A DNA stretch of 64,000 nt from Candidatus Poribacteria bacterium (GCA_965205015.1 OZ242029.1:1600001-1664000), one strand, 5' to 3'. Positions 7,417 to 17,627 are shown, counted from the stretch's first letter. Notes: generated from the letters alone by a model not told the origin. Translations and numbers: made by a program.

Positions 7417-10400
7417 CTATTGAATCTCACCGCGGACGGTGAGTGCGGTGGCGATGGAGAGGAAATCTCTGCCTTCTTCAACGCGATCATGGTTGTAGCT
7501 AAGGCCGAGATGGAAATTCGCTGTAATATGGGTGCTGACTTTGTAACCGACGCGCAAAGTCGTCTCGTAACGCTCCGAACGCTCTTCCCTGTTCGCGCCG
7601 TATAACTCTCTGCGGATAGCCCAAGAGAGCGTATTTGTCAACTCGAGATCGTGTTTCAGGGGGATTCTACCGAAAAACGGCACTCGTATACCGTTTTCTG
7701 TGTGGTATCTGTAGTCAACGCTCAGGTTCGGTGTGATAATCAAGGCGTTGCCCCGAATACCACTTCGGAGTTGATCACGCATTGTTGCCCGTATCCCTAA
7801 CGCTGTCCGAGTCTCTTTACCCCATGTCTGCATCCAGCTGAGTGAAGGCGTGTGTGCTTTACTGTCGCCAAGTGTGTCATCCAGTGTCCCGTTATTTCGC
7901 GTTGTGTAGCTATAGCGGAGTTGGAAACTGGAGGTTTCTCGTGCTTTCAGTTTTACGTCGGCTTCGTAGGCATTGGTGTTCTGTATGTAGGTTGTCCCTG
8001 AACTCTTCCGGAAGCTGTCGGAGGTACTGACGTTTGTTCCGAAAGATGCCCAGTTCCACGGGTCTACCGAGCCCCGGACTGTATAACGATTGCTGCGCCG
8101 GGAGTTCGTCCGTTCCTTTGCATCCTCCGCGAGCGAGTAGATTTCTAACATGGATAGCCCAGATGCAAGTTGCCGATACGATTCAGTAGCGGTAAAGTTT
8201 GCGTTGGTGTTAACAGTGAAACTTTTCAAAATTCGATGCAGGATACCCTCAGAGCGGGCAGCCGTCAGGTCGCTGCGCTGCGCTTCGCTTTCAGCGGTCA
8301 GTAAAGAGGTTTCTCGTGAACCTCTCCCTTCTTGCTGATCGCTGACGGAAACCGATGGCTGATTGCTGATTGCTGCCTTATCCCGTTCGATCCAATCCCC
8401 TCGATTCTCTTCCAGTTCTTGGATTTGCGTTTCGTCGATACCGTTTTCCCTTAATTGTTCAGTGTAGTCATCGGTTGTAGGAGCGAGTTCTGCTTTCGAT
8501 CCCGTTGGAAGTGTGGAAGATTCTTGAGTGGAAGGTTCAGAGGTTGGAAGGTTGGGGGCTCCATCTTTCCCTTCTTCCATACTTCCATTCCCTTCTTTGA
8601 GGAACCATCCGAACCATTTTTGAACGCGGAGGTTTACGCCGAAGCTGACGTTTCCATTGAGTGAAGCGTTTTTCTGTTCACGGAACCAGTTCTCACGAAA
8701 ACTCATGCGGCTTGTTACGGTGGGACGCATGCCCAGCAGATCCCGGTTTAAGCGTGGGGTAAGCGACAACCGGTGTTCTCGCTCGGCAATTGACCATTTA
8801 ATATCTTCGGCGGGTGTCTCTTCTTCAGATTCGACGGTTTCCGGTGCTGTACCAGGAAGGGGGGTGTTGGTGTTCGGATCTTCCCGTCTTTCAAGCGTCC
8901 GGCTGACATCGTAACTGGGGTTCAGGCTGAAGATACTCGTTGGACTGATATTAAATGTTATAGTGCCGCTATCTGTTTTTTCATCTCGATTTCTACCGTA
9001 GCCGTAACTATAGAAGGATGTTGAGGTTCCCGAGGATGTCTCTGTCGCGGTTTCGGGTTTGGCGAGTAGGTCTTCGTGCCGATATTGCGCGTTAACCCCG
9101 AGTTTTGAACCGAGTTCATACCGAAAGCTACCGGTATAGAGGTGGCTAATTTGTGTGCCTTGACGTTCGTTCCAAAAGTCTTGGTAGTTGTAAGCAAAGC
9201 CGAGATTCGGATATGGGTTTTGAATGAACTGCACAGAAATATCTCGGGTGCGGATTTCACTTTTCCCGCTCTGAAAGCTGCTGTAGCTGCCGCGCTGGCT
9301 TTCGGTTTCCGTGTCTTGGTGTCGAATCCCGTATCGGATCGGTAGCCATGGGAATAGTGTGACATCCGCGTCGATATTAAAATCGTTGTTTGTTGTGCTA
9401 TATCCGCGTGAAGAGAGGCGTTGTCTACCGACTTCCCCCGCGCTACTTTCAAAATCCTTGTCTTGACTTGCGTAGCCGCCGCGTAATTTAACGATTCTAC
9501 CGAGGGACACCGCCATATTGCCGCGACGCGCCCATCCGGCACGCACGAGCGGATCACCGAGGTGAATCTCGTTTACCCAGATTTCTCCGCTGATTTCACG
9601 TCCAGTGTCGTTCCGTATACCCAAGAGGATGCCACCGATATTTTTGATGGAAAGCCGCGTGCTATTCGTCCCTCGAATCGTGAAACCGTCCGGTTGTCCA
9701 TCTGGTGCATCCTCTGTGCTTTCGGTGGGTAGCGGCGTGGGAATCGTTTCTACCACAGAAGGTTCTTGCTGACTGCTGACTGCTGACTGCTGACTGCTAT
9801 TCAGCGGATCGCTATCAACATCTGGATAGTCATTTCCACCGAGATCCCGTAAATCAATTTCAATTAACTTCCAGCCCTCAAAGTCAATCGGGACTGTATA
9901 TTCATAGTAGTCTGTTAGATTCTCGAAAACGTTAATGTCTGTTTCCTGTTCTGTCTGATTGACAAACGGGTCTGAACTATAGAAGGAACTGCGATAGCCG
10001 GTTCGGACGGTTGGGGCAAGTTGTAAAACGAAGGTTGTATCGCTTTTGTCCCCATAGAGCCAAAAGCGGAGTGTATCGTGTTTGCTGAAGTCTTGTCCTT
10101 CACTTTGCGTTAAGCCTTTCAATTGCTTTGAGGTGACACCATAGGAGCCGGGAAAGAGGTAATATTCAAGGCTGAGTGTCTGTTCGCGTTGTTGTTGTGT
10201 TTGAAAACCGAGTGCAGTGGCTGTGAAGGGATGTAATTTTTTGAAAAGCTCATTATCTTCGATATCCAGATACGCACTTTGATACGCGTCATAACTGAAG
10301 TTATCCCTCGTGCCAACGATAAATTTTTCCAATGTGTCTTCCACAATTGTACTCGTTGACAAGGTTTCTCCGGTGGAGGCGAGTGCTGGATTGTTCGTTA

Positions 10401-13400
10401 TGGATTCGATAGTAGGTTGAGATCTGGAACGGGTTATAATCCCCTGTTTCCATTTGTTGCCAACAATTTCAATATCCGCCCATTGTAGTAAACCTTCTAC
10501 GTTACCCGGAGCGTTTTTGCTTAACCAGAATCGGAAGTGTTGCACAAAAACCAGGCTCGGCAGGCGGGAACCTGCGGGTCTGAATTTAGAGAGTGGAATA
10601 CTGAGGAACATCCAACCGTTCGCATTTTTGCTTTTAACCCATTCTTTCGGGATTTCATTCAGTGGTATTGAAACTTCAAAATATGCATTGATCGTGTCTA
10701 GGACCCCATCACCGTTGAGATCTTCACTGTCCAAAATCTGGTTGCCTACACCAATAGATGTTCTTTCAAGCGGACCGTTGAGCCCCCATCCTATGTCCTC
10801 ACCTGTATCGAGGGCTCCATTTCCACGATAGCGATCGACCTCCGAGAGGTTCTCGAGGTCTAAATCCAAGGCATCAATACTTTTGTCTCCATTTATATCT
10901 GTGAGTGTTTCCGGAAGATCTTCGCTATCCAGTCGTTCATCGGCATCTACATCTTCATTCACCACGCCAAGGTTCAGGTGTAGTGTTACATTGTCGTCGC
11001 CTTGAACACGCATCCAAATTTCAACGAAACTGCGTTCCGAATAGTCTACTCCGGATGCGGAGAGTCCATTTGAAAAACCGCCCCATTCGCCGATCACGTC
11101 TGTGAAATTGTAGCCGAGCTCCATGATGAGGCGTTCTTCTGTCGAGAGCGAGAGCGGTTGAATTGACGAAGCCGGCACATCGCGATTCCGCATATAGTTT
11201 CCTATTGCTTCCGTTTCGTTTTTGTCTTTCAACACAACGTTAAAGATCACTCTATTTTCGTCGGTCGGTATGACTCGGTAATCGGAATCCTCAGAGGGGG
11301 TTGACGCATTCTCCGATACGTGTGGGACACTGCTCGGTTTCCAATTGTATTTCAATGTCGGTACGGTCGTTGATTCCTTTGCCCCTTCCATACTATCAAT
11401 GAGCGCGACGCCAATACTATTTGGGTTATTATGTGAATAAGCCGCCTCTCCACTGAAGTCGAGTGAGAGCGGTAGGTTTCTCACATTAATAAAGGGCAAC
11501 AGATTTAAAATACCAGCGACGTTAAATTCTCTCCCAAAACTCGTATTCACGTTGAACGCTTGCAAGCGGTTTGGAACGCTGTTTACATCTGGTATCTCTG
11601 CCGGTTTTTGTCCAGTGTTCAAAATGTATCCCGTTGAGAGCGAAAATCCTTTTTGGAAAACGGGGTTGAAATAGTTCATTGCGCCGCCATAACTCCCGTA
11701 GGATGTTCGCGATCGACCGCCTAAACTGCTGTAGCCGCCATAGCCGCCGCCATAGCCACCAAATCCACCCCCGAATCCACCCCTACCGAAGCCAGAACTG
11801 CGCCCGAAACCCCCAAAACCGCCGCTCCTCCGTTGAAGTCCGCCTGACAAGCCCGTACCGAAGGCATCCGTTCCTTGACCGAGCATATCTCCGTCCATCG
11901 TTTGGAGACCCCCTAACCGATTGAATCTGTCCTCAAGGCTCTGTTCTCTATCGGACTTGGGTTTCTGTTTATGCGTATACTCTAACCAGACGCCGGCGAC
12001 TGTTTGTTGTGATGAACCGCCAAAGGGTGTCTTTTCAAATTCCACAACGATTTCATCGAACTCATCGAGTTGTCTGAAGAATCGGATAGTGCCGACCTCA
12101 TAAAGCATCATATAGTCGGTATCGCGAGTCAAGAGTTGCCCGTTCAAGCGGACCGTCTCGCTGTCTGGGATCACAAACAAGCCTACGTTGTAGGTTTCTG
12201 ATTGATACGCATAGTCCGCAATGATTGTGTAGACTTGGGCATCTGTTCGGACCCCTTCCTGATAGATGGCAGTGTTGTTAAGCGAATCGCGATCATCATA
12301 ATATGGATGGGCTGCGTCTACGATTTGAAACGGATCCGTCGTAGGGAAACGGAGTAAGCCTCTGTCGTAATCTATAAACTGGGCGTCTACAATACCGTCA
12401 CTATTTTGATCCAACCCAAAAATTTGGATGTACGGGACAGAACCCGTGTTTGTCTGGAAGGTTTCGCTCTGTCCTTGTCGAAGAATTAGGAGTGTGAAAT
12501 CACGTGGATTAATGTTGCGGTTGCCAAGGCTATAAACATGCGTTGCCTCTGTACCGCGGAATCCCTTCTCTTTTAGCACGACGTAGCCAATTTCCTCACC
12601 TTCTTCGTCAATCCTTCCGTCTCCGTTTTCGTCAACAAAGACTTCAGATTTCCCGACGCCGCCGCCGGTGTCTCCTAAATATTCATACGAAACGACGATG
12701 GTATAATTTGCAGAAATCGGAGATAGAAATTCTATTTCACCGGTTTCGTAGTCAATATTGTAGTCCTGACCGGAGAATTGGGGATTGAAGTAGCCTCGAC
12801 TCGTTCGGTGACCTCCCTGATTGTTTCCTACGACCCCGTCGTCAATGAAAATTTGCTCACTCCCTGATTTGATAGGGAGATAGGCGTCGTGTAGTTCGCC
12901 GTCTTCACCTTTTTGGATGTGGTAGAACCGATTTTTTACGTAGTTGGTATCCGGTATCTGGATCCCGCGGGGTCCATAACCGTATCCGCCGCCAGCGCGC
13001 CGCGACTGTCCACGGAAAGTCCGCACTTCGCGTATCCCCTTACTTCGAGAACCGAACGCCGTAAGACGTGTGTTTTTCCATTCAAAGACGCCTTCAAGTC
13101 CGAATAGATTCCGATTGATGTTCAGAAAGCGGGTGTTCGGCAAACTGAGTGTGATGTCGCCAAAGGAGAAGGTTTTTATGATACTCTCTGGTGTCCCTTC
13201 GTACCAGATTTTAATCTTCTGTTCCTTTGTGCCGCCGATGCCATATCCGCCGCCATACCCCCCGCCGTATCCGCCATATCCGCCGCCATACCCACCACTG
13301 CCGAAACCACTGCCACCAGCACTGTAGTCAACAGCGATATGCGTCCGTTGCCCCACGCGGCCGTGTAGCCCAAATTGCTGTATTTGACGTAGGTTAAACC

Positions 13401-14259
13401 CGCTTGCGCGTGGGACACCGCCGCTGCCGTATCCACCCCCAAAACCGCCGTAGCTGGAACCGTAGCTGGAGCCATAACTGCCGTAACTACTTCCATATCC
13501 TGACCCGTATCCACCCCCAAAACCGCCGCTGCTATAGCCGAAGTCTTCGTAACCGTAGGACGAAGTGAGTCCCAAGTCGAGTCCTGATGAATAACCCCCA
13601 TATCCCCCGCTATAACCGTAACCACCATACCGATTCAGGTCGCCTTCACCGAAGTAGTGGGTTTTGTTCGCCTCTACGGTTACAGATTGTAAGCCTGTTA
13701 TCCTGAGATTGGAATCCATCGGGAGGGCAATGCCTTTTTCATCACGCTTCGGTCTTGGTTTCCAGTCATAGAGTTTATCGAGATCGGTTAAATGGGGGGG
13801 ATACCGCCATCGTCGAAGACTGTCCAAATAGGGGAGTATGAGGCGATCACTATCGGTTATTGACTCTGGATCTTCAGTAGATTCTGTAGTATCTTCCTGT
13901 GTCCTGTCTGTCTCCCACCATCCCTGGTGACTGCTGACTGCTGACTGCTGGCTGCCATTTTGCCAGATGAAGTGCTTTGATTTGTTATCGGTGTCGAAGG
14001 GGTTACGGGTGAATAACCCAAATTCAATTTGAGAGGTGTCAGTTCGGTTATCAGCGGAGGGGCTATCGGTTTGCTGACTGCTGACTGCTGAGGGCTGGCT
14101 GCTATTTTGGCGTTCAGGTTCTTCTTCGGCAATACGACTGACGACAACTTCAGACGTTGAACAGAGGGCAATGATAAGGATGATCCCAGTTTTTAACAGC
14201 AGGTTTTGCTTATTTTTTAAGGTTAACTGGTTTGCCAATTGCGACAAAGGATTCTGCAC
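7417..14259 (-). CDS. Very large outer-membrane protein, SprA/Sov (T9SS translocon)-like
   Basis: 2280 aa with an N-terminal hydrophobic signal segment. SprA-like segments: 'IKIWYEG...FGDITLSLPNTRF...NLFG', 'SETVRLNGQLLTRDTDY', 'GVALIDSMEG', 'LDSEDLNGDGVLDTINAYFE', 'GWMFLSIPL', 'GEIWVNEIHL'. The C-terminal half has alternating beta-strand periodicity. Confidence 0.7.
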   Translation of the reverse strand: MQNPLSQLANQLTLKNKQNLLLKTGIILIIALCSTSEVVVSRIAEEEPERQNSSQPSAVSSQQTDSPSADNRTDTSQIEFGLFTRNPFDTDNKSKHFIWQNGSQQSAVSSHQGWWETDRTQEDTTESTEDPESITDSDRLILPYLDSLRRWRYPPHLTDLDKLYDWKPRPKRDEKGIALPMDSNLRITGLQSVTVEANKTHYFGEGDLNRYGGYGYSGGYGGYSSGLDLGLTSSYGYEDFGYSSGGFGGGYGSGYGSSYGSYGSSYGSSYGGFGGGYGSGGVPRASGFNLRQIQQFGLHGRVGQRTHIAVDYSAGGSGFGSGGYGGGYGGYGGGYGGGYGIGGTKEQKIKIWYEGTPESIIKTFSFGDITLSLPNTRFLNINRNLFGLEGVFEWKNTRLTAFGSRSKGIREVRTFRGQSRRAGGGYGYGPRGIQIPDTNYVKNRFYHIQKGEDGELHDAYLPIKSGSEQIFIDDGVVGNNQGGHRTSRGYFNPQFSGQDYNIDYETGEIEFLSPISANYTIVVSYEYLGDTGGGVGKSEVFVDENGDGRIDEEGEEIGYVVLKEKGFRGTEATHVYSLGNRNINPRDFTLLILRQGQSETFQTNTGSVPYIQIFGLDQNSDGIVDAQFIDYDRGLLRFPTTDPFQIVDAAHPYYDDRDSLNNTAIYQEGVRTDAQVYTIIADYAYQSETYNVGLFVIPDSETVRLNGQLLTRDTDYMMLYEVGTIRFFRQLDEFDEIVVEFEKTPFGGSSQQTVAGVWLEYTHKQKPKSDREQSLEDRFNRLGGLQTMDGDMLGQGTDAFGTGLSGGLQRRSGGFGGFGRSSGFGRGGFGGGFGGYGGGYGGYSSLGGRSRTSYGSYGGAMNYFNPVFQKGFSLSTGYILNTGQKPAEIPDVNSVPNRLQAFNVNTSFGREFNVAGILNLLPFINVRNLPLSLDFSGEAAYSHNNPNSIGVALIDSMEGAKESTTVPTLKYNWKPSSVPHVSENASTPSEDSDYRVIPTDENRVIFNVVLKDKNETEAIGNYMRNRDVPASSIQPLSLSTEERLIMELGYNFTDVIGEWGGFSNGLSASGVDYSERSFVEIWMRVQGDDNVTLHLNLGVVNEDVDADERLDSEDLPETLTDINGDKSIDALDLDLENLSEVDRYRGNGALDTGEDIGWGLNGPLERTSIGVGNQILDSEDLNGDGVLDTINAYFEVSIPLNEIPKEWVKSKNANGWMFLSIPLSKFRPAGSRLPSLVFVQHFRFWLSKNAPGNVEGLLQWADIEIVGNKWKQGIITRSRSQPTIESITNNPALASTGETLSTSTIVEDTLEKFIVGTRDNFSYDAYQSAYLDIEDNELFKKLHPFTATALGFQTQQQREQTLSLEYYLFPGSYGVTSKQLKGLTQSEGQDFSKHDTLRFWLYGDKSDTTFVLQLAPTVRTGYRSSFYSSDPFVNQTEQETDINVFENLTDYYEYTVPIDFEGWKLIEIDLRDLGGNDYPDVDSDPLNSSQQSAVSSQQEPSVVETIPTPLPTESTEDAPDGQPDGFTIRGTNSTRLSIKNIGGILLGIRNDTGREISGEIWVNEIHLGDPLVRAGWARRGNMAVSLGRIVKLRGGYASQDKDFESSAGEVGRQRLSSRGYSTTNNDFNIDADVTLFPWLPIRYGIRHQDTETESQRGSYSSFQSGKSEIRTRDISVQFIQNPYPNLGFAYNYQDFWNERQGTQISHLYTGSFRYELGSKLGVNAQYRHEDLLAKPETATETSSGTSTSFYSYGYGRNRDEKTDSGTITFNISPTSIFSLNPSYDVSRTLERREDPNTNTPLPGTAPETVESEEETPAEDIKWSIAEREHRLSLTPRLNRDLLGMRPTVTSRMSFRENWFREQKNASLNGNVSFGVNLRVQKWFGWFLKEGNGSMEEGKDGAPNLPTSEPSTQESSTLPTGSKAELAPTTDDYTEQLRENGIDETQIQELEENRGDWIERDKAAISNQPSVSVSDQQEGRGSRETSLLTAESEAQRSDLTAARSEGILHRILKSFTVNTNANFTATESYRQLASGLSMLEIYSLAEDAKERTNSRRSNRYTVRGSVDPWNWASFGTNVSTSDSFRKSSGTTYIQNTNAYEADVKLKARETSSFQLRYSYTTRNNGTLDDTLGDSKAHTPSLSWMQTWGKETRTALGIRATMRDQLRSGIRGNALIITPNLSVDYRYHTENGIRVPFFGRIPLKHDLELTNTLSWAIRRELYGANREERSERYETTLRVGYKVSTHITANFHLGLSYNHDRVEEGRDFLSIATALTVRGEIQ

Positions 14260-14404
14260 GTATATTCCTGATTTTTCGTATTTTAAGAGGTGTCGGTTAT
14301 CAGTGGTTAATTGTCGGTTCCAAGAGGGTGTTGTTAAACAAAAGCCTCTTAACCGAAGATCAATAGTTATTTGAACTTGAATCTTGAATGCAAACGAAAA
14401 ATTG

Positions 14405-14428
14405 AGCCTGTATGTTTACATACAGGCT
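14405..14428. terminator. Probable intrinsic terminator hairpin downstream of the LamG gene 14509-15273
   Basis: Perfect 10-bp stem AGCCTGTATG-TTTA-CATACAGGCT with A/T-rich flanks. Confidence 0.55.
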
Positions 14429-14508
14429 TTATTTAATTTACCCGCCAATACTCTCTACTTTAGTCGGATGGCCTTATAACCCTGACTTATTAAAAACTAT
14501 GAAGAACG

Positions 14509-15273
14509 CTATCTTTCTTTAAGGTGTCCCCACGTCACAGTTAATTTCCCCACTGCTTCCACGGCTTGGAATTGTTTCGTGAGACTTTCCATCACATCGG
14601 CAAGTTCATCTTCGTCGAGTGCTGTATTGTAGACAGCGACCTCATCAATGATACCTTTCAACGGTCCGTTTCTGCCATCGGGTCCTTGTGCGCCGATAAT
14701 CAAAGGCGCGTTACTCGTTGCGGGTTTGCCAGCGGCACCCCGCGGATTAAATTGCTCGCCGTCAACATAGGGAATGAGATGCTTCTCGTTATATACACCC
14801 GCAACGAAATGCCACTGATTATCGGTGACGACTTTACTGCCTACCTGTAGGTCTTGTGCACCGCCAGGAAGCGTAAACCCAAACGTCATCACGCCGGGAC
14901 GAATCCACATCGTATAGTTTCGATTTGGCCACGCCTCTTTACCAAGGATCACTTGGTACGGTTCGACAATCTTAGGCACTTTTATCCAGGCTGTCATTGT
15001 CCATTGTCTGAGGTTCATCACATCTTCATGCGGCACAAGAACGTGCCCACCATCAAATTCGAGTGCTGACTTAAATTTTCCGTCAACCCACGCCACTTCG
15101 CCGACAATTTCGCCGTGGCGTCCGTTCCCGGATACATCTTTGACGGTATTGCCGTTGCCTTCATCGAAGAGCCATACACCTATCGCTTCAGCGGTGGCAC
15201 TTTTAAGTTCACCAGCAGTGCCGAAATACCAAAAAATGCTTACTGAAAGCATCAGACCTGTTAGCGTTTTCAT
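14509..15273 (-). CDS. Secreted LamG/concanavalin-like domain protein with C-terminal TWG tail
   Basis: Signal peptide; motifs GVWLFDEG, WVDGKFKSALEFDG, WHFVAGVY, YVDG and GIIDEVAVYNTAL; ends AVEAVGKLTVTWGHLKER. Confidence 0.9.
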   Translation of the reverse strand: MKTLTGLMLSVSIFWYFGTAGELKSATAEAIGVWLFDEGNGNTVKDVSGNGRHGEIVGEVAWVDGKFKSALEFDGGHVLVPHEDVMNLRQWTMTAWIKVPKIVEPYQVILGKEAWPNRNYTMWIRPGVMTFGFTLPGGAQDLQVGSKVVTDNQWHFVAGVYNEKHLIPYVDGEQFNPRGAAGKPATSNAPLIIGAQGPDGRNGPLKGIIDEVAVYNTALDEDELADVMESLTKQFQAVEAVGKLTVTWGHLKER

Positions 15274-15524
15274 CCTGATCTCCTCCTACGGTTGTTTGTT
15301 GATTTCTCTTATTTTAGCAGATTCAGAGCGAAGCTGCACATCTTTTTTCTATTGACAGCTTTGACACCGTTAAGGTAAGATGATGGATATTTCAAACAAT
15401 GGAGATTTTTTCATTTTCCCTTGTGGGGAACGACGCGATGAGAACTTTGAAGGTTTTGCGCTGCAGTCGCATGCACCGTTGTTGCATGCTTTCAATTCAT
15501 TTTAATTTTTCAGAGGAGGTTATT

Positions 15525-16346
15525 GTGCGAAAACTGTTGATTCTCGGGATAGTTTGTTTAATCGCTGTCCCCGTGATATTTGCGCCTGTGAGCGATGCGG
15601 CGATAGATGAAAAAAGCATCGTTGGCGTATGGCTCTTTGATGAGGTCAGTAACAAAGGCATTTCTCCTGATTCTACGGAAAACGGCAATGACGCTGAATT
15701 GTTGAAAGGTGCCGAATTGGCAGATGATGGGAAATTCGATAAGGCATTGAGTCTTTCTGGGGACAACAAATTCCAAGTCGCGGTGGTCGAGACTTCAAAG
15801 AGTTTGGATAGTTGTGCTGAGACCTATACCGCGACGACATGGGTGAAACTCAAGAAAAAAGAGAAAGTCGTCTTGGGTGGCTGCTGTAACGACGATCATG
15901 CCATCATTAATTTCAAATATACGTGTCTGCTGAACATCTTTGGACCTGGACGTGGTGGCGGTCACGGTAAGGTTGAAATCGGTAGTGGACAGCTCGCACC
16001 GGCATGGGTTGCGGGGCCAACGCTCGTCAACGATGATAAATGGCATCACATCGCTTTCACTTATGATGGAAAGAAGATGATCGCCTATGTAGATGGCAAG
16101 GTAGATGCACAAGCCAATACGGGTGGTGTTTTTGGATTGACGGGGCAGTCCCTTCAGATTGGGGGTATGGTGGATCAACGACCTGGGTGGGGTCTCATGG
16201 ACGATGTTGCTGTCTTCAACACGGCGTTAAGTGAAGCCGATATCAATGACATCATGAACAAAGGGCTTGGTAAACTCTTTGGGTTTACGCCTGTATCACC
16301 AGAAGGTCGTTTGACGACGGTGTGGGCGCGCGTCAAAAAAGACTAA
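15525..16346 (+). CDS. Secreted LamG domain protein with C-terminal TW-type tail
   Basis: GTG start after SD GAGGAGG; signal peptide; motifs GVWLFDE, WHHIAFTYDG, YVDG and DDVAVFNTALS; ends PVSPEGRLTTVWARVKKD. Confidence 0.88.
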   Translation: MRKLLILGIVCLIAVPVIFAPVSDAAIDEKSIVGVWLFDEVSNKGISPDSTENGNDAELLKGAELADDGKFDKALSLSGDNKFQVAVVETSKSLDSCAETYTATTWVKLKKKEKVVLGGCCNDDHAIINFKYTCLLNIFGPGRGGGHGKVEIGSGQLAPAWVAGPTLVNDDKWHHIAFTYDGKKMIAYVDGKVDAQANTGGVFGLTGQSLQIGGMVDQRPGWGLMDDVAVFNTALSEADINDIMNKGLGKLFGFTPVSPEGRLTTVWARVKKD

Positions 16347-16480
16347 TTAAAAAACTGTGGACCAAAGTGCGTAGCTCGTAATGAAATGGGGAAGGGAAGG
16401 AGGGAAGGAGGGGTGCCCCCCAATCTTCCAATCTTCCATCCCTGCAACCTTCCTGTGTAACCGCAAGGAATAATTAAAAG

Positions 16481-17521
16481 ATGCCAAAAAAATATCGGAG
16501 TGCGATCATTGGTTGTGGGGGTAGAGCTTACGGTCATGCGAATGCCTATCAACACGTTTCGGGTGCCGAGTTAGTCGCGTGCGCCAACCGCTCGGATGTC
16601 GCTCGACGTGAAAAATTCGCTGAGACCTTCAGTATCACCGGCTATGCGGATGCCGAACAGATGCTCCGCGTAGAGCAGCCTGATTTGGTTCACCTCGTCG
16701 CAATGCCTGACCAGTGGCGCGAGCTGATACCGATGGTATCGGAATGGGGCGTTCCGGCGTGCCTCGTTGAAAAACCGATTGCCTGTGGGGTTGAGGATTG
16801 GCGTTTTCTATGTGAGTTGGAAGCGCGGACCGCTACGAAATTCGGCGTTGGCAAACAGTACCGGTGGCATCCGGATCTCGCCAATTGCCGAAAGGCGGTG
16901 GAGAGCGGTGAACTGGGAAGGATTCGTCTTTTAGATTTTTCGTGTGGTATGAACCTCACCGCCCAAGGCACGCATATCATTGATTGGGCGATGTCCCTGA
17001 ACAACGATTCGCCGATTGTCAGAGTTTTCGGTGCTGTGAGCGGTGCCGAGTCGCTTGATAGCGACTATCCTGCTCCCGATACATCGTCGTGTCAGGTTGT
17101 GTTTGAAAACGGGGTCCACGGATTCTGGAACACCGGCTTTACCTCCCCACGCGTCATGGACGACGATGCTATCTACAAGCACTGTCGCGTTGCCGTCCAC
17201 GGTGAGAACGGACACGTGCTTTTTGAGGAATTCAATAGGTGGGAGATTGGCACTGCTCGGTTAACTCAGAACGGTGTGCAAACTCCCGATTCTTGGCGCG
17301 CAAAAAACGACCGCGCGCAAGCCAATCTGACGCAGGCGATGTTCGACTGGATTGAAGACGATACCCGTCCGGTTGAAACACATCTAAAGCTCGCGTTGCA
17401 CCAGTTCAATGCAATTTTGGGCATCTATGCGAGTGCGATTTCTCACAAGCCGATTGACCTGCCCTTTGATCCACCCGCAGATTTGGATTCACGGCTTCGC
17501 GAAGTCTTGGAATATTCTTGA
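16481..17521 (+). CDS. Gfo/Idh/MocA family oxidoreductase
   Basis: Motifs IIGCGGRA, 'LVEKPIA' and 'GTHIID'. Confidence 0.88.
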   Translation: MPKKYRSAIIGCGGRAYGHANAYQHVSGAELVACANRSDVARREKFAETFSITGYADAEQMLRVEQPDLVHLVAMPDQWRELIPMVSEWGVPACLVEKPIACGVEDWRFLCELEARTATKFGVGKQYRWHPDLANCRKAVESGELGRIRLLDFSCGMNLTAQGTHIIDWAMSLNNDSPIVRVFGAVSGAESLDSDYPAPDTSSCQVVFENGVHGFWNTGFTSPRVMDDDAIYKHCRVAVHGENGHVLFEEFNRWEIGTARLTQNGVQTPDSWRAKNDRAQANLTQAMFDWIEDDTRPVETHLKLALHQFNAILGIYASAISHKPIDLPFDPPADLDSRLREVLEYS

Positions 17522-17540
17522 CCGCATGCCATTCAAAAAT

Positions 17541-17569
17541 TTGACAAATTCTTCGTTTTATGCTATACT
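17541..17569 (+). promoter_or_regulatory. Sigma-70 promoter for the rpe-dehydrogenase-apt cluster
   Basis: TTGACA-17 nt-TATACT, with TG just upstream of the -10 element. Confidence 0.7.
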
Positions 17570-17627
17570 ATTAACGATTTCATTTGCAAGCCTGCCTTAG
17601 GAAAAGCACAGGAATTTCTGCCTCGTA

